A stretch of DNA of 64,000 nt, from contig NC_133619.1 of NCBI RefSeq assembly GCF_048593235.1, positions 447,977,644 to 448,041,643 of the forward strand. The letters run 5' to 3'. The notes below the pieces were generated by a model. That model saw nothing but the letters and a program-made list of their open reading frames with translations, did not search any database and was not told the DNA's origin. Shown here piece by piece: positions 1-14,624 of the stretch. Source of the DNA: Sminthopsis crassicaudata. Its lineage: Eukaryota. Made by a program: the position numbers and the translations under genes. Every line of letters starts with the position of its first letter. The stretch's first letter is position 1.

Positions 1-293
1 TGAATGTTTGAGTGCACTTCTTCCTCCCTGTCCAGCTCCTTTTTTAGATACTTATTTTATCTCTTGGGTTTATGAATTCAGTGCATTTTAAATGTCAATA
101 ATAATAACTCAGAACATTTCCATTAAGGCTTTTTGTCTTTGAAAGAGCTTATTAGGCAAAAAGGGGGAGGGTTGGCAGCCAGTTTTAAATTAAGTAACAT
201 CCAAAATGTAAATAATTTTATAGCATACTTATTTTTTTCTGTTAAAAAATACTCAGATTGTTTTTGAGCTAATTAAAATTTTGTTCCCTCCAG

Positions 294-528
294 GTGAGTG
301 TTTTTATGGCTGGTTAGAACCTTTGTTGGCAAGAATAGCTGAGAACTACACAGCAGTTGTAAGTCCAGATATTGCATCAATAGATCTTAATACTTTTGAA
401 TTCAACAAACCTTCTCCTTATGGATATAATCATAATCGTGGAAATTTTGACTGGAGCTTATCATTTGGCTGGGAATCTCTTCCTGAACATGAAAGGCAAA
501 GAAGAAAGGATGAAACCTACCCAATTAG
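294..528 (+). CDS. GALNT3: GALNT3 coding exon (equivalent to human exon 5), catalytic domain, (C)[14 protein letters not shown]...KDETYPI(R)
   Basis: Acceptor ttccctccAG at 292-293 and donor GT at 529; 235 nt. Translation matches polypeptide GalNAc-transferase 3 just after the DxH motif. Upstream exons lie outside the window. Confidence 0.98.
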
Positions 529-652
529 GTGATTAACCAAATCTTATATCAGTAAATGAACATCAGCATAATTATTTACTCCACAAAAATTTCATTATAT
601 TTAATCCTGATATTCATGGTCATAGGCTCATGAATTTAGAATGAGAATGGCG

Positions 653-656
<4 letters not shown>

Positions 657-721
<65 letters not shown>
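657..721. repeat. (AT)n microsatellite, about 32 units
   Basis: Uninterrupted alternating AT in the intron after the first exon shown. Confidence 0.99.
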
Positions 722-724
<3 letters not shown>

Positions 725-1408
725 TTTTAATTTATTTATTCACGTAATCATTTACAAATGAAGAAACCCAAAGGTGAAGGTCATATCTCTGGCTAATGGT
801 ATACTTGGGACTCAAACCTAGGTTTTCTGGCTCCTAAATGCATAGAATTACTGATGCAACTCATGCTACTAGCAATTAATTAAAGTTTTCCATCAAAACT
901 TGAGTAAATAGGAAAATCATGTTTCATTGCTTCTGAGAATGATGTAAGGGTATTTTTATAAGGGTATTTTTATCTTTTGTTCTTTCAATATTTCTGATAC
1001 ATATTATATAATCTTTTTACAAATAATTGTACAAGTTTTACATAATGCTTTATGATTTATAAAGTTGTTTTCTTATAATACTATGAGATAGGTAACATTA
1101 GTCATTAATGCCATTTTACTCTAATAAGGAGACTGAGATTGAAGAAGGAAAATGATTTGCCTGGGAGACATTGCTCATAGATGGAGTTAGGACTTGAACC
1201 TTGAACCTTACTCTCTCCCTAAGTTGCTAAGTAGCTACTCATAGATAACTAGTGAAAGGTGAGTGGATGTAGCATCTTTGTTTCCTTCAAAAGCTGCTTT
1301 TGAAGTGACATTTACAAAATGCTATCTTTAATATGTGTTTGGGTCCATTAGTTCTTTAAAAAACTTTTTTGTTTGAGATTTTCGTTTTGTTTTTAAGTTT
1401 CATCATGA

Positions 1409-1555
<147 letters not shown>

Positions 1556-2444
1556 TAATTATAATAAGCATTTGGGTGTACTTTGCGCAAATCAATTGAT
1601 ATGGATTATAATTTATGTTGTATGTACATTAAATCTTGAGTGCTAGGAAAATTGATAGAAGAACCTTCCCTTTGAAGATATAGTTTGAAATATTTATTTA
1701 TTGCTGCAGAGGTACAAGAGAATATTGAGTTAAGCCCCTGTGTTTGAGTAATAATACCGATTGGTGCACTTGTAGCTAAGATAAATATAATCAAATCATT
1801 GTGCTTCCGGAAATAATTTGATTTCCAAAAGGAGTCAGAATGGGAAAATGATTATATAAGATTTAAAGGTCATAGCACTTTGCTGTTTGAACAAAGTGAG
1901 CAGTTTTCTGTGTAGATCTTAGAATACTAACTCTAATATAAGAAGCAAAGAAGCCACTTTGGATACTTACCTACATATAATTCATATTAATATGACCCAC
2001 TGACTATGCACATTGCCTGGCACATAGGAAGCACTTAATGCTTTTGGGTGAACAATTTCTTTTTATTGAGTTTATTTTCAAACCTTGTCCTGATCTGTTT
2101 TCACCCCTTAGGCTGGTATGTTTTAGATCAGTAGAAGACCATGGCTCAAGTCTTCATTATACCACTTTGTAGCCAGAAACCTTGGGCAGATATTTTACAG
2201 ATCAGTAAGTCTTGGCTTCCTGTAAAGGCAGAATAATGATATTTGCTGCACTTAAATCACAGGCTTCTTATAAGTCCCTTATTTCTGATAATATTTTTAA
2301 AAATTGAAGACATATGTGTAACATTGAGTCAATATTTCATCTGGATTTAACTCTCAGATTGTAATCTAATTTTACAGTAATCAAGTAAATATTCATAACA
2401 AGAAGGAAAGGGAAGGGAATCAACAATGATATAATGTCTACTGT

Positions 2445-2657
2445 GTAAAGCACTGTGCTTTTAGAAAGTACTATCATTAGATCCTCATAAAAAACTTGTG
2501 AAATAGATGCTATTATCATCTCCATTTTATAGTTGAGGAAACTGAGGGAAATAATGATTTGCCAAGAGACAAAGAGCTAGTTAAGTATCTGCTGGATTTG
2601 AATCCAAGGCTTCAGACTCTTGGTCCAATGTTCTATCCATTGTATTACCAGCTGCCC
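2445..2657 (-). mobile_element. MIR/CORE-SINE
   Basis: Reverse-complement CORE (cattttatagttgaggaaactgagg) and tRNA-like head ending ...ccagctgccc. Confidence 0.8.
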
Positions 2658-3599
2658 CAGAAATATAACATCAGATTTGAAAGTTACAGTTGAAAGGTTT
2701 AAAAACCACTACAACAATGTTTTGCTCATACTGTGACATTTTATTTTTGCCTTTTATATTGTAGAGCTATAATTCACATTTACACTGAATGAACATAAAT
2801 GTGAATATCTGACAACTTACAAAACTGTATACCAATAACCATATATTACATGATTCTGTGATTAAAGTTCATAAGTAGCCAGATTTCAGGATGCTTATTA
2901 TCTAGGGCTTTTGATCAAAATCAACAAAATAAAAAAGAGAAAAAATTTAATACAATCACACTTGGATCATTTATTAATGTAGAATTATCATGGAAAAAGG
3001 ACACAGTGAGAATTTTCAATTTAAAAACTAGATATTTGTTTTTATAACTTATGCCTGCCTTCTTTCTCTTCCTGGTAATAAAAATCACAATTTGTTTTGT
3101 TATGAGACTTTTAAATATATAAAACTGACATTTTGCTAGGGCTGAGTAGAACCTGGGTTGTCTTCTACTTAGACTAGGGGTTTATGCTTCCATTTGCCCA
3201 TACATCATAGATAAATGAATAATGGTCAGTGAGAGTTATATCAATGACTGGATGTTGTCCTTTTTTTTTTTTTTTTTTTGGTATATTTATTGAATATAAA
3301 TAGATCTGCAACTTGCTGCTAGACACAAATTGTGGCATGTTTTGGATGGACTAGTTACTAACTAGCTATGTGACCATAGAGAAATCAATTCATCTAAAGA
3401 ACTTTGCAGACTTTAAAACACTATGCAAATGCCATGGGTTGACAGAGGAATATGCATAAATGAATGTGTGGAAGTTAAATTTTGTGATGTTTTAAAATAG
3501 TTAGAATTTTCAATTCAGCATACTGCAATGTTTAGTTACTGGCATATGGCTTTGTAGGTTGTTAGATGTTCATATGGATGTTAGTTCATTCAGTGTAAA

Positions 3600-4330
3600 T
3601 ATGTGAATTGTAATTCTGTGAGTTAAACATGGGTTATATATAATGTACAAAGCTAGGCTCTGGGAAAACAAAGGAAAAAAATAAATTATTCCTGCCCTTT
3701 AAAAGGTTGCTTATATTCTACTGGTGGCATTCAAAACATACATTGGCAAAATATTATACAGGTCCTGAAGGGGGCAAAAGAGAAATCTGAAAAAGGACCT
3801 GGGAAATTTGAAGTGGGAGGATACACTAACTTTGTGGGGCAGGCAACCTTGGAAGACTTCATGGAGAAGATTGCACTGAATTGACCTTTGTAGAAAGATC
3901 TTTGAAAGGTGAAAATGAAGAATAAATTGTAGTCATAGAAAATCTACCATCTGAATTCACAGAGACAGATGATACAATGTTGAGTTCAGGAAGTAGCTAC
4001 AAGGTTAATTTGACAGGAATATGGATTTCATGAATGAGAGAGTAATGTGAAATTAGGTTGTGTGTGCGAGTAGCAGCCAGATATAGAGGGTCTTAAATGC
4101 TCATCTGGACAATAGCAAAGAGTTTTTGATCAAAGGAAGTGACACTTTCAAGCCTGTGATTTAGGACAATTCAGTTTAACAATTATGTGAAATGGTAACT
4201 GAAGAGGGAGAGATTGAGAGCATATTATAGACAACAGATAAGAGATTAGGGTGAGCAGCTTCTAGATACGGAGTTGAGGAAGAAGTGAAAATCAGGAGCA
4301 GTTACTTGGGAGAAAAAGGGAATTTGAAGA
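3600..4330 (-). mobile_element. Ancient L2 fragment
   Basis: Purine-rich decayed pattern typical of antisense L2 3' regions; boundaries approximate. Confidence 0.55.
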
Positions 4331-5184
4331 AGAGATAAGTTTAAGAACCAGGAACATCAATTGACACAAAAATAATTATAATTTTATTTTAAAATAAAAA
4401 TGTTCATCTCACTATCTCTATTTGCCTCATGGGTTTAAGAATAAAGGAAGTACTATCAATTGATGATGTTTGGTCTTTAAGATATTCTTAATTCTGGTCT
4501 TTTATTCGTGAAAATATAATGTGTTTTCTTTTAGATAGTTTTAAGTTCTGAGGTTTTTGAAGGTCCAGGCAATCATTATCTGATATGCTGGAGTTTAGGG
4601 TAGAGAATAAATGTAAATGAATTAATGTTAGTACATTTAATTAAATGTAAAGATTAAAGTAAATTAAATGTAAAGATTTGGTAGATATCTGTGAACCCCA
4701 GAAATTGAATGAGATCACCAAATAAGAAAATTTGGAGAGAGTAATAATATATGTTATATAATTACAACATATAATATATAATATTATGTTTATTATGGTT
4801 ATATTGTACATTGTATACACACACATATATTTGTTTATTTAATATGGAAGATACTAAAGTATGTTTGTAGATGGCAATTGAGGAATGGACCAGCCAGTAG
4901 AAAGAGATTGTAGATAAGAGAGAAGAAATGACTGAAGGGTCTTTATGGAATTGTGAAAGGATAGAATTTGAAGGCACTAAAAAGCTCTTAGCCTTTGCAA
5001 AGGGAAGGAAAAGTTTCATGATCTAAAACTGGAATGAAGGAAGAGAATAGAGGTGATGAATATATAGAGAAGTTTTGAGGTCTGGAACTGTGAAAATATT
5101 TGAGCCTAAGATGGATGGCCTTCCGAAACAAAAGGTATAATTAGTTGTCACTAGAGAATGAATTATTTTGTAAAAAGAGATATA

Positions 5185-5332
5185 GGGGCAGCTAGCTAGG
5201 TGGCACAATGGATAGAGGAGGAGGACCTGAGCTCAAATCTGGTCTCAGACACTTTTCGAGCCTATGATTTAGTTGTGTGATCCTGTCCAAGTCACTTAAC
5301 CCCAATTGCCTCAGCCAAAAAAAAAAAAAAAA
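5185..5332 (+). mobile_element. WSINE1-type short CORE-SINE with A tail
   Basis: ggggcagctag..gtggcacaatggatagag head, B-box-like gagctcaaat, gtcacttaaccccaattgcctcagcc, then poly(A). Confidence 0.9.
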
Positions 5333-5458
5333 TGATATAAATGAATTTAAGAAAGTGATATTATATTTCAGGAGAAATAGGTGAAGTTGGGATCTCTCCC
5401 CTTTTTTTTCATAAGATGCTTAAAGATGAAAACCATTTTGGTTGTATTTTATGTTTAA

Positions 5459-5938
<480 letters not shown>

Positions 5939-7422
5939 TTATAAACAAATAAACAGACCCCAAATAACCCATTCAAAATGCATTATTGTTTGAATTGTAG
6001 AAAGATAATTTTATGTTTTGCATGACTTCATTTCTGTAATGGAGATTGCATTTCTTCCCTTCTCGATGAGTAAAGGAAGAATGGAAGGAGAAAGAGTTTG
6101 AAACTGAAAAAATAAAGCTGAATATTTTTTTTTTTTCAAAAAAGAAAGTTAATTGAAATAGAAACTTTTTGTTTTAATAGTTAGGTTTTTCGTCTTTTTT
6201 TTCTTTATGCAAAATGACTAAGATCAGTTTTTTAGTGTTAGAGTAACATGCCACAGACAAAATAGCAGCATTATTACACTAGGTTGCTGTGCTTTCTCTT
6301 ACCATAGAATCACTTTCATCATATACTCAAACTGCAAAGAACACACACACATTCTGATAGACATATACGTTGAATTGCACATATCCTAAGTTGTCGCTAT
6401 CTGGTGAGAAGTTCAAAAAGAACATTTTTTACTTCAGAGGTCCCTCTGAATTTTGTGGCAAGGCTTTCATATATTGAATTTGACACCATAGTTTCAATTT
6501 AACTCATCAAAGAAATATTCATTCATTATGCACAGCACTAAAAATGGGCTTTTGCCCAGTTTGTGGAGTTTATAGTTTACTAGATGGATATCAACAAAAT
6601 ATCCTTAGCTATATTGTTACACCTATACATTTCACTCTTAAATGCTTAGTGAAATAAATTATTGTTCTTGGCTTTATTTGGTGTAATATAATATTTTTTT
6701 AGTTTTGATTTTTATTTTTGGTGGGGAGAGAAGTCATAACTGTCAGACTAATACTGTGAGTAATGAGTTTTAATCTAATTTCTTTTTTCTGTTATCAGTT
6801 GAAATAAGTTAATGGAGCCATCTAAATATGATTACCCTCTGACCCTACTGTTTTGGCACTCTTAATTATAGGTGATAGAGGGTCACAGTATATAAATGGT
6901 GCTTTTATTTATATTTAATGATGTGTGTTTCAATGATTTTATAGATAAAACTGGTGAATTGTAGCTATTCCTAGTTTAATTCATTTAAACTCAAAACATT
7001 TCGGTTCAAATTCCAACATTTTCATTTATCCATCATTTCACCTCTACAAATTGTTAAGGGAAGAAGATTGGAACAGTTGATCAAGAAAGATCCTTTCCAT
7101 GTCATAATCTAAAAAGTTTAATGAATGCCTTTGAGTGGGAGAAGTTCTGCCACTTATAAGGATATCAAAGGTTGGACAGTAAGTACTGTCATGGTTTCTA
7201 ATCACTGCAATAGCATTGATGATACTTCCTATAAAGATAGAATTTTGACACTAATTGGTGCAGTTAAGTTGAAACTCATTGGTGGCTTGGAGGTTTTGAG
7301 AGCCCTGAATATGAGCCCCCATCCCCATCCCACCTTCCACTTAAAAAAAAAAAATTAAAATTAGTTCTGAGTTTATAGAATATATCCTATAGTTTCTGAT
7401 TCTTTCTTTCATCTTCCTTCAG

Positions 7423-7554
7423 AAAACCTTTGGCGATATTTCAAAAAGACTTGAAATAAAACACCGTCTCCAATGTAAAAATTTTACTTGGTATTTAAAC
7501 AATGTTTATCCAGAAATATATGTACCAGATCTTAACCCTGTAATATCTGGATAT
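7423..7554 (+). CDS. GALNT3: GALNT3 coding exon (human exon 8), [44 protein letters not shown]
   Basis: Polypyrimidine tract with AG at 7421-7422; GTAAGT at 7555; 132 nt; end of catalytic domain and linker. Confidence 0.98.
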
Positions 7555-7855
7555 GTAAGTATCTTCTTTTTTTCTTCATTCATTACTCATTATACCAATC
7601 CTTTCAGTTTTGAGATCCTGTGATTTTTTTTTTTTTTTTGGTTGATTCTATTATTCAAATAAAATCAGTATTTGCAAACCACATGATAGATACCCAAGAA
7701 CATTGAGCTTGTTGATAGGTTACTTGTGAGGTTTTTTTTAAAAAACTAATAATCCTATATTTTATTCATTCACATTGATTTTTATCTTAATTGAGCTTGT
7801 ATATAAATAATCTTAAATTTTAAATATAACTAACTTGAAAAAAAATGTTATTCAG

Positions 7856-7957
7856 ATACAAAATAAAGGCCGTCATTTATGCTTGGATGTTGGAGAAAAC
7901 AACCTTGGAGGCAAACCACTAATTATGTATACATGTCATGGTCTTGGAGGAAACCAG
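7856..7957 (+). CDS. GALNT3: GALNT3 coding exon (human exon 9), lectin alpha repeat [34 protein letters not shown]
   Basis: ttcAG at 7854-7855; GTAAAG at 7958; 102 nt; ricin-B CLD...CHG.GGNQ motif. Confidence 0.97.
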
Positions 7958-9249
7958 GTAAAGTATAATTAAAAGAGGTATTCTCCATATTAGCATGTAT
8001 AGATTAATGTAAATTAAATATCACTGCTTTTCCTATAGCATAATATTTTATGCTCATTATCACATTTTGTTTTAAGAACTATCTGCTTTGTGGACATGTG
8101 AATTAGGTAATTTATATTTAGGGGACAAGGAGTATACTGTTTTACACATTGGTTCTTTGACCATGGCAGCAGCTTGTACATATCTAACTTGCCTGCACAC
8201 ATACCCAACAGAAAAATAACTAATGAAAAAATAACGAAGTTTAATTTGTACTATTTTTGTTAAAATTATAATTCACTTTATTAAACATTTTATGATTAAT
8301 AGCTTATTAAATTTATTCTTGTTGGCATAAAACTAGTAGAAAATTACACACAAAGGCCATGTGTTAAAGTAGATGACTCCATGCCATAATGTAATATTTA
8401 TGATTAATCCCAAAGTGGTACAATTATAAATTATTCCTGTGGGGGGAAAAATTATTATTATGTGAAAGCTTATTTCAGCAGAAAACATCTAATTCACATT
8501 TTCACTCTGAATCATCTGTAAAGCTTCAATTAGTGAAAAGCCCACTCTCAAATTCATTATCCTTGATGCTCTTTGATTAGCATCAGCATTGTTACTAACT
8601 CCTCCTTTCCTACTGTCCTACCAATTAGAACTAAAATGTCAAATCTAGAAATTTTGGTCAACTTCTATTTATTGAAGGAAAGGAAGACAGAAAAATCATG
8701 TCAAAATGCAGTCACTGGATTTTCTCTCCTTGACCTTTACAAAGCAGTTGTTGGCAGGACTATGTCGTCTCTTTGAGAATAAAAGGAAAATGTTTGAAAT
8801 ATCTGTTATTAAAAGCATGAAACCTTGAAAATATGAGATTTAAGAAAATTACTATTCTTTCTTTCCCCTTTAGCACCACCCAGTTTTTCCTCTCCAACTT
8901 TCTTTAATCTAGGGGATCTTAGGCTCCATTTCTTAATACCAATATTAGTGAATACATTGTAACTGGAGGTCAGTTGGTTAGAGCCAAAGATGAGTTGGGC
9001 CCAAAAATGGAAAACCAAGATCTGATTTGTCTGCCTTAACCATTGCCTTTTCACCTTATATTTCCCACCTCACTTTGTTGTTGTTCAGTCATTTCATTTG
9101 GGAGTTTGCCTTTTCCTTCTCCAGCTCATTTTAAAGATGAAGAGACTGAAGCAAGTGACTTTGTCCTGTGTCCAGATTTGAAATCGGGAAGCCTCATCTT
9201 CCTGAGGTCAGGCTTAATAGTCTCATTTTAGAAGGTGTAAAGAGTAAAC

Positions 9250-10100
9250 AAATTTTAACACCAGGTTTTGTGTGAAGTAAAATGAGCTGCACTACTAAAA
9301 ACCATCCTTTTCAGAATGTTTTGATTCTCTATTACTTAATGTCCATCTTTTTTCATTTGTGTTTGAGCTTTAATTTTTAGGATAAGTCATCCTAGGATGC
9401 ATCCTAAGTTCCTTTATTCTTCAAAATAGTGTTTTATTCATTCCTGTGGGTTGGTGTAGAATAATTTTGTTGTTCAGATTTCCTTTCTCTTGTAGTTCAA
9501 AATCTTTTCCCTGATTGCTTGTAGAATTTGTTGTTTTCTAATGGAAATGTTATGTGTCTTGAGTTTGCAGCCTTGTGTTTTTTGTCCTTGTTTTGTTTTT
9601 GTTTGTTTTTTTTCCTCTGGAAAGTATCTGTGGACTCTTTTAATTGGCATTTTGACTTCTATTTTCAGAGTTCTGGGCAGTTTTCTTATTATTTTTTGCA
9701 TTAAGATATTCAGATTTTTTGACTTGCATTCTTTTGGGCAACCTACATGAATCAACATGAATTGCTTGAAGAGAGCATGTTTTCTTTTAATGTTTTTGGG
9801 TTTTGCTCATTATTTTTTATTTCTGTGCACTTGCTTTCCTGATCAGTCATTATCCTTTTTGAGACAATATCACAGATTCAAGTTTTCTATTCTGCCCACT
9901 ATTTTTGCTGTGCAGATGATAGATTCTGCTCTCACAAGTCTTATTTCTCTTTTAAATCCATGTTCTCAAAATCGATAAGGCCCTCTATCTCATCAAGTGT
10001 TAAAATCATTTTCTTTTGGTTTGCAGTATTTATTAATTGATTCCTGAGCTCATTTACTAAATTTGGAGGTCATATATCTTTCCACATGATGTCCTTTCTA
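9250..10100 (-). mobile_element. Decayed L1 ORF1 region
   Basis: Minus ORF 9474-9758 (GCPKECKSKNLNILMQKII...IKRVHRYFPEE...ILQAIREK) resembles the L1 ORF1p RRM/CTD segment (IIGLPE...IERIHR...ILQAAR). Confidence 0.8.
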
Positions 10101-11108
10101 CTTCCTCAGTTCTCTGACTTGACAATACAGAGCCTGGCCATACTGATAATACTTTTGACATTTTCTGTCTTTTGGAAGTTGTGAGGAATGGGGGAAATTT
10201 GAAAAGTAGTTTTAGGCTCTATTTCAAGTCCAAATATGTTCTGTCCTTTTCTTTCTGTTCTTTCATTCTCCGTAGAAGATCTTTGTAATATGGAACACTA
10301 CCAGGGAAGTCTTCAGGTCTCAGAAAATACCTAGAATTTGGAGTTTGGAGCTTTCTACCATTATAAAGAGGAAATGTGAAGAGATTGAAGTATAAGGTTG
10401 TGTTTTGTTGTAAGCATATGGATCTGGCTGAGGCAGCCTTCCTCCCATAGAAGGTTGCAGAAAGAGTACAAATTATTCATTAATTGGGTTTAAAAAAAAA
10501 AAAAAAAAAACTCCTTTTAGGCAGTTGATGCCCTAAACCATGGAAATATCTGATGCTGTTTTGTCTCTGGTGCAGTTTCCGTTTTCTAGAAGTGTGAAAG
10601 ATTGAGGTTTAGAAAAAATGGCTAGTTCTCCATCTTATTGATCATGTATCAAAAGTTCTCTAAAAATGATTAATTTCTTTAAAATAAAATATCTTGTATT
10701 TTTTCCACAATTCTTTTAATATTTGTTAGCCATCCTAATTAGATTATTTATTCCCAGAGCATGATCCCTGTTTTCCTGCCCCTACACTTTTGACTCTTGC
10801 AGTTCTTTCCACCTAGGATACTCGTTGCCTCATTTTACCTTCTCTCCTAAACTATTTAAGATGCAAAGTCTTCAAGACACTTTCCCTAATCTTTTCTTTT
10901 CTCATCCAGAAGAAAATTTTTATTCCTCTCAACTCTCAAAAGAGAGGCATTTTATTTATATCCATAAGACATGAAGGATAGATTCATATCTTCTTTCCTT
11001 TAACGCAATAATGATCAGACCTGAACTTTTATTTGTGTAGTGAATTTGGGGCAAAACCCCCTCTATCAATGCAGCTCAGCAATTCAACTGAAAGTTATGA
11101 TATTAGAA

Positions 11109-11290
11109 CAGGTTTTCTTTTTTTTTATATCATGGACCTCTCTTTCAATCTGGTAAAATCTACAGACTCCTCTTTAGAGTAGTGTTTTTAAATGCATAAA
11201 ATAAAACACAGGCTTACAAAGGAAGTCAATTATAGTGAAGTACAGTTCCTAAAGTATTAAAAAAAATTCTCATAAATTCTTGGTTAAAAA
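11109..11290 (+). mobile_element. Decayed hAT-Charlie-type MITE
   Basis: Degenerate TIR CAGGTTTTCTT; internal sequence alignable by eye to the reverse complement of the element at 62609-62772. Confidence 0.65.
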
Positions 11291-11614
11291 AAATATCCAT
11301 TAGGGAGTTGCTTAAGTCATTGTCCATGGTCACAGAGCTAGTATTTATAAGAGTCAGGACTTGAGACCACATCTTTATGACTTTAAGTTTGATTTTTCAT
11401 CTACCTATATAATGCTACCTCTCATTATATATGCCTCTCCCCCAAAAAATAGCTCTTTCAAAAACCAAAACAAAGTATTTTAAGCTTTTCTGAGGCAGCA
11501 TGATAATGGACTGAGAGTCAGGAAAGGATTAAATGTTAACTCAGAGGCTTACTAACTTTGTGACCCTGGCCAAGCCACCTAATCTTTATCTTTCTTATCT
11601 TTAAAATGAAGTGT

Positions 11615-11760
11615 TTGAATATATTGGATTACTTGCTGTCTAGGGGAGAGGATGGGGAGAAGGGAGAGAGGAAAATTTGGAACACAAGGTTTTACAACAG
11701 TGAATGTTAAAAACTATCTTTTCATATAGTTTGAAAATAAAAGCTATTATTTATTTTTAA
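11615..11760 (+). mobile_element. L1 3' end inserted into a MIR
   Basis: tatattggattacttgctgtctagggg...aaaataaaagct; MIR sequence on both sides (11495-11610 and 11760-11820). Confidence 0.8.
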
Positions 11761-12059
11761 AAAGGAGGGGGTTGGACTCAGTGGTCACTAAAGCCCCTTC
11801 CAGCTGAAGATTTTATATTCTACTTTTGCCTCAGTGGAAAAACAAAACAAAACATCTTTGCTGATAAATAAAAAGTTAGTATGATAGATATATAAAAGTT
11901 CTTCACCAAATAAATGGAAGCTGAGGTGAAAGACCAGAATTTCTTGATAAAACAGAATTTTAAAAACATTTATAGATTTTTTTTTTTTGCTTTCTGCAGC
12001 ACCTGAATTCCCTTCTCTACCTCTCCCCCCTCCAGAAATGTATCTTTTATATCATATAA

Positions 12060-12323
12060 TAGATAATAGATTTATTAGGATAAAGATTTTTTAAATTAGG
12101 ATAAAGATTTTTTAAAGTAAGAATGATAAAGAGGAAGGAAAGAAAAAAATTAGCAAAACTTATTATTATATCAGAAACCTGCATCTAAAATGTGAAATTT
12201 TCCATGGCCAAAGGATATCTTTTCTCACCCCCATAGCTCCCCAAATTCTGCAAAGGAGCAGCAGGAAAATGTTTATTCCTTTTTGTTATTGGGAAGCAAA
12301 GCTTGTTCTTTGTCATTTTACAA

Positions 12324-12362
<39 letters not shown>

Positions 12363-12560
12363 GAAGTTTCATGATTCTATTTACATTTTTTGTAGACCAT
12401 GTATATATTGCTCTTATGACTGTCTACTTTCCATATTTCTTTGGATTTATCATTGTTACAACATAGTACTATTCCAGTATAGTCTCATTATTTTAAAACA
12501 ATTTCCTAAATGGTAGATATCAAGTTTCGCAAGTTATTTGCTGTTACAAAGAGTGTAGTC
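12060..12560 (-). mobile_element. Old L1 3' region
   Basis: Antisense L1 3' UTR/ORF2-end pattern (catagtactattccagtatagtctc...caatttcctaaatggtagat). Confidence 0.6.
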
Positions 12561-13133
12561 AGCATATTTTTAACATACAACTTGTGTACTTCTTACAAAG
12601 TACCCAGTAGTTTTGTGGGTATTAGTGTTACACTGAGGAGCCTTATGTTTTCAGGGTTTTGATAGTCTTCCTATATCTTAGTATTGAAAAAATTATGAAT
12701 AGTTATTAAATCCCTTACTGGGGGAATCATAGATGAGATAGATCATATCCTCTTTTCTTATACAATTACTTCAGATATCATGTAGATATTCTTGCAAATT
12801 GTGTATGTTTTCAATTACATATTTTACTGAAGTATTTGTGTAGTTGAGGAGAAAGTAATAAGAACATAAAATCTTAGAAATGGAAGGGATATATCAGAAG
12901 TCACATAACTCCCTTGTTTTATAGATAAAGAAATTAATTTAATTTAGCTAGTTAGAGAGGTAACTAGGTAAACTAAGACCCACATCACCTGCCATTTTAT
13001 TTTCTCATAAGATAAGCTAATGATTTGAAATAGGCTTATATCAATGTATTTTCATATTAAGTACTTTATTTTACGATTGAACCATCATTCTTATGTGTCT
13101 GCTTGATATCTAATAGTATTCTTTTCTCCATAG

Positions 13134-13286
13134 TATTTTGAATACTCTGCGCAACATGAAATTAGGCATAGCATCCAGCAGGAGTTATGTCTTCATGCCA
13201 TTCAAGGCCCGGTTCAGTTGAATACATGTAGCTACAAAGGTCAGAAAACACTTACCATTGATGTACAGAAATGGGAGATTCAAAAG
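13134..13286 (+). CDS. GALNT3: GALNT3 coding exon (human exon 10), lectin beta repeat [12 protein letters not shown]...QKWEIQK
   Basis: ttctccatAG at 13132-13133; GTATTT at 13287; 153 nt; CLH and QxW motifs. Confidence 0.97.
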
Positions 13287-14624
13287 GTATTTGTTAATTT
13301 ACATCTTTATTGAATTATTTTTGTTAGGATGCAAATATTTGCACACCTAATAAGGGAATATGTAAAATGTCAGTTCATTTTTAGTACCCATCAGAAATTT
13401 CCTGCCATGTTAACTATGCTATTCAAAATATTTTATACATATTTTATTGATGATCTTACAAAATTTTTCTATTTATCTATTTTGCCATATTTCCTATAAA
13501 TATCTCCACAAGTAGTTTACTCACGAGACTTCACAATTTCATAGCTTATTCTAGTTAGTACTTTCTTTGTATTATTAATCTCTTTAACCTTATTACCCCT
13601 TAAAACAGCATTTTAATACTTGTGATACATTACGCATCCTTTTTATTTTTCTATTAGAGAAAAGAAACTTTTTATTCTTGCCTTCATTATTTGAATTGCT
13701 TGACACTTTCTCAATTTTGGGGGGCAAGGCTCAACTCAGGCCTTTTAAATTAAGATTCTAGGTTAGAATTCACTGAGACACTTTTGTGGATCATAAAATG
13801 AAAAGAAATTTTGTAACTTAGAATGATTAGAAAGATTCAATTCTTAAAGTTAGGGTACTAATAAAATGCTGTCCTTCTCCACTTCTTCATTCACAATAGT
13901 AGCCAGCCGCATTGGTCAGAAAGGCATTCTCAAAGACAAATTATGCTAAATGTTCCAATATCAAATCCCTGAACTTTTTAGGGTCCTACATTGGATCTAT
14001 TAGACCTTAAAATACAAGAAAGCCAGACCAATAATGGCCCTGAGAGTGACTCTTCCTGCCTCTAAAAAGAGAAATAAGCCCACCTGACATAAAACAAGTG
14101 CCATTCCTACTATACTCATGAACCTGGTGATAAATGCCATTTCTCCTTTATAGCTAAATGTGCTTTTTAAAAGTTGTCAATAAAGTTAAAATCTAACTTT
14201 AAAATCTAGATCATATATAATCTTACATAAAATAAATTCATTATTTCAAGGATAGTGTAAGAAAACTTTTTTTTTTTTTTTAAGTTAAGCCTTAAGAATT
14301 ATTTGATGGTATTTTTCTGCTTCAGGTACATTTCTTTGATTATTTGATTCTAGAGTTGCTAGGATTTTTAAAAATTCCTTAATCTAGTACCTTCATTTAA
14401 GTTTTCAAATACTGTTGTAATCAAAGTGATATAACTGTAAAGTATCTGAGAATCTATGAAACTATTTGTAAAAGTTTTTTTCATCATTAAGAGAAAATTA
14501 TTTAACATACCTAGAAGTGATGTGAGGTTCAATGTTCTGCTATAACAAGAATGTGAAATTTGTTTGCTTTTGATCTATATGAAGCTGAGTGTTTCTCTCT
14601 CTTTCTTTTTTATCTTCACTCCAG

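Noticed and set aside
281-532. ORF-track starts at 281 (MFPPG...) and 5474 (MNLYK...) as real protein starts
   Set aside because: These are internal GALNT3 exons read through from intronic TTG/GTG codons; splice sites define the true boundaries.
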